From: Mizuhopecten yessoensis
Lineage: Eukaryota
NCBI RefSeq assembly: GCF_002113885.1
Contig: NW_018407519.1
Span: 855,262-919,261, forward strand
Length of the DNA stretch: 64,000 bases
Reading direction: 5' to 3'
Part shown: piece after piece, positions 61,701 to 64,000 of the stretch
Position numbering within the stretch: position 1 is the first letter of the stretch
Layout: the number at the start of each line of letters is the position of its first letter
Program-made: the position numbers and the translations under genes
Notes under the pieces: model-generated
The model's database searches: none
What the model saw: only the letters and a program-made list of their open reading frames with translations
What the model was told of the DNA's origin: nothing

Positions 61701-62788
61701 CCAAACGAAATATAACGTTTGGATACGGTTCACCGTTTCACCCGATGTTGAGGCCCCAATAAAGGACTACTACTGCCAGTGCCCAGTTGGAGAGAGAACG
61801 ATGGGAATGTGTGCGCACATCTCCAGTATCTTGTACTACCTTGGGTATTACAGGACGCTGGAAAACCCTCGACCATTACAACCACAGGTAAAGAAATTCC
61901 GACAAAACTTGAAATAGTTTTCCATGCGGCAACGGAGTGCATATGTCGAAAGTATGTTTGGGGCTCGATATGAAAGATCCCCGTTACCATGTGACTAACC
62001 AAACTTATAAATATAGGTATTATACAATCGCCCGTAGCTATGAACACTCCCGTAAATGCGAAAACCAACCAAAATCATAAGGAACACGTTTTGTTTGTTG
62101 TTCTGTCTATTTGTCAGCCAATGTCTTCAACCACGGGGACTTGTGAAGTAGCCATCTTGGATTTTTTTTATGAAAAAGTGTTTCTCTCACTTTTTTTCAT
62201 ATCTGTGTACATATTCTCAACATACCGAGCAAATACTCTCGTTTTTTTGTTAATTATCTAAAGAAAGTCGAAAATCGGCAATTCAACCATAGGCTAATTC
62301 AACCCAACATTTGAAAATGTTCCACCACTTACATTTTGATGATTTTTCCTCTCATCAATAGCATATTACGTACTGTTTAATAGGATAAAAATTGGTTTGC
62401 ATCCAACGCCCATAAAAGGGTGTATTCTCTAAAAAACACAGTTTTTGTGTCTAAAATGTTATCATCGAAAATGGCATTTTTGAGATTGTTTCTTCCATAA
62501 AACAGCCAAATGGCGCGATGGAAACATGATTTTTTGTCACAATCATGCCATGAATGTATTCTTTACGGTGACCATCATTTGATTAGATTTTCATTAATAT
62601 TTTACATAACATGCACATTTTATCAACACTTAGACAGCTTCTGAAAGGTACAACTTTGAGGAGCCATAAAAAACAAACCAAGTGACCTAAATCTTTATAC
62701 TTTATAGATTTGTGACCACAACGGCAAGGGCAATGCACCACCAACAGGAAATTTGAATCAGAGAAGGGGCCGTTTTGGAAACCGGCCC
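58717..62788 (+). mobile_element. Apparently full-length DNA transposon of the PIF/Harbinger-ISL2EU-Spy group, 4072 bp
   Basis: 13-bp TIR GGGCC(T/G)GTTTCCA at both ends; flanks AAA| and |TTT; encloses one intact transposase ORF. Confidence 0.85.
59881..61917 (+). CDS. DDE transposase (DDE_Tnp_4/Harbinger-like) with N-terminal Cys/His motifs, HTH and C-terminal SWIM zinc finger, 678 aa
   Basis: ILDGTYIYIQKS, VVDRGF, RWIVESYHGRLK catalytic D-D-E; HTH WSQCSSLFGISKSSVSKTF; SWIM YCQCPVGERTMGMCAH; THAP-like CCLC...RVCSIH. Confidence 0.93.
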   Translation: MEGKCVGEGCQVYFKKRSGNKNRSARNVNSPQYKWLLDTLVQQGLMSAKEQALICQKCYMKYLRNKNQPEPEPEQNQEIEEEDDSPSHILPLLTLHDLLNGSSSHKKCCLCLVTFARNGTKSSVLPKRARHHLIYSHKLWCPTSSRVCSIHLIGNDLDPSTEVVLDGRGSLESQLPSKSSEIINDLLEVSHVLSQNQSAFTISFSSLDDSACMAWTGWSKDQFLEIHSHCSPYLSSGIYTKTTHDALLLFWVKLKTDISWSQCSSLFGISKSSVSKTFHSIVQALDTSIVPQFLGPDHLTREQLLGHNTVFSEAFFGDKATAILDGTYIYIQKSSDHKLQRMSYCGQKKRNYLKFMSIALPDGYILDTVGPFTGSENDATITKKVMDKLVTWLQPDDNVVVDRGFRDVLPVLEASGLNASMPSYLKPGQSQHSDVQANLDRTITKSRWIVESYHGRLKHWTFFRTQLVSNSFINVIEALLRTVTACLNGIRGPIYQRSPERDAKDRLMAERMKDRLTTPNGLAQRVKTDPDLSRRARSEFVKMDASSVLFPRLDLDYLRTITCGTYQISLAPGYIAEHLSDDGDYEVWLYQHSPDLLRCQIHSRHKSQTKYNVWIRFTVSPDVEAPIKDYYCQCPVGERTMGMCAHISSILYYLGYYRTLENPRPLQPQVKKFRQNLK

Positions 62789-64000
62789 TTTAATAATTTG
62801 TGGACATACCAAAAAACACGTATTATACACCTGATAGACAATATCTACAAACAAAATAGTTTCACAAACGAAATGTGATCAGTTAATTCATGACATACAA
62901 TGTAGATTCATGATATTGAGAATTCTTGATGAGAAAAAAATATATGTTTTATAAAATTGTCTTTTAAATCTTGAACCACGTCTTCTAATGACAAATTACA
63001 CACTTTGAACGAAGAATAATTCAAATATATACAATCGAATGTACACATTCCATGAATAAAAGAAAGATGAGCTGGGGTTTCGTGTCAGAATGAGATATGT
63101 ATCATATATATATTCTGTAGGGAACGAATGCCATTATTTATATCGTTTAAGGATTGTTTATGAAGATGTGATTCTTTTTGTTTTTAATTGTTGCTCACTA
63201 ACATATATTTTCCAGCTTTGATGGCAATACTTTATATGACGAAGTGGAGAAAAAAAACATGTTTACTTCGTACGCACACGTCAATGTTTGACAACATCAG
63301 TATATACATCATTGCAATTAATTTGATTGCATTTAAATCACAGGAAAAAGTAAATGTTGTCCACATCTATAAAATGTATCCATGTATCTACAATCTCTAA
63401 TAAGCAGGGTACAAACATCTGATAAATAACGCTAACGATGTTTGTGTGCTGCCCAGAATGTTAGGTAAACAAATTTGTTTGGAAAAAAGGAAGTCGATTC
63501 CCCTAGTGATGTCAACAGGTATTCGGCATTAGACTTGTATTACGTATACAATGTTGGTTATCTGTGGCTTCAAGTAAACTATACATACCAGGATGTAATT
63601 ATGTTAATCAAGGCCATTTCAAAATTGAGGAATGTTTACATTCTGTAGTATTACATTGTTTACAAAAATAAATCGATTCAGAAAGAAATTGCTTAAGCTG
63701 GAAAGTGGTTAAATATCACTTAATTTACCTATTACGTACATGTTTATAACTATATATTTTGTTTCATGTACTCTGATTTGTTGTTGATACCCTCTTTGTT
63801 CTATGCACATTTGTTTGGACTTATTGTTATATAGGTGTATGTGTGAGGTAAGTCTAATCAATCGTTAGATCATAAAATATATTCACGCAGCGTTCAAAAC
63901 GAGCCGTCTAGGTGATGGGTGGCTTGATAGGACAGGTACACAGGATTTGGGTAAAACTCAGTCATATGTTATATGTATAGGTAATAAACCTATGATAGAT

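Noticed and set aside
59881-61917. Domesticated HARBI1-like host gene
   Set aside because: Flanked by TIRs, intronless, and carrying extra zinc-binding domains, so it is better explained as a transposon.

Overview
AT-rich eukaryotic genomic DNA, most likely from a bivalve mollusc (inferred from the V-domain tRNA-SINEs, HINE/pearl-type elements and CR1/L2-group LINEs). The left half holds three spliced genes that I reconstructed by hand with GT-AG junctions and consistent phases. (1) The last coding exon of an SGK kinase (+, 1067-1182). (2) A six-coding-exon minus-strand gene (ATG 19535 to TGA 9841, 1222 aa). It joins a PRDM10/15-type zinc knuckle and PR/SET domain, split by a ~390-aa low-complexity insert, to AT-hooks and a seven-finger array clearly of the PLAG1/PLAGL1/PLAGL2 family. 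(3) A three-exon CHCHD7/COX23 twin-CX9C gene (+, 21452-27882, 114 aa) that the ORF track misses, lying head-to-head with the PR-PLAG gene as human PLAG1-CHCHD7 does. The right half has LINE remnants, a ~4.4-kb 39/40-bp satellite, and an intronless orphan ORF (225 aa) with duplicated RxRSxT sites and a PP1-docking-like motif. A 66-aa ORF 3 kb downstream may share that ORF's N-terminal motif. There are also SINEs and an apparently intact 4.07-kb PIF/Harbinger-ISL2EU-Spy-group DNA transposon. The main candidate for a novel system is the SGK / PR-SET-PLAG / CHCHD7 cluster. Homology statements come from recalled family sequences, not database searches.
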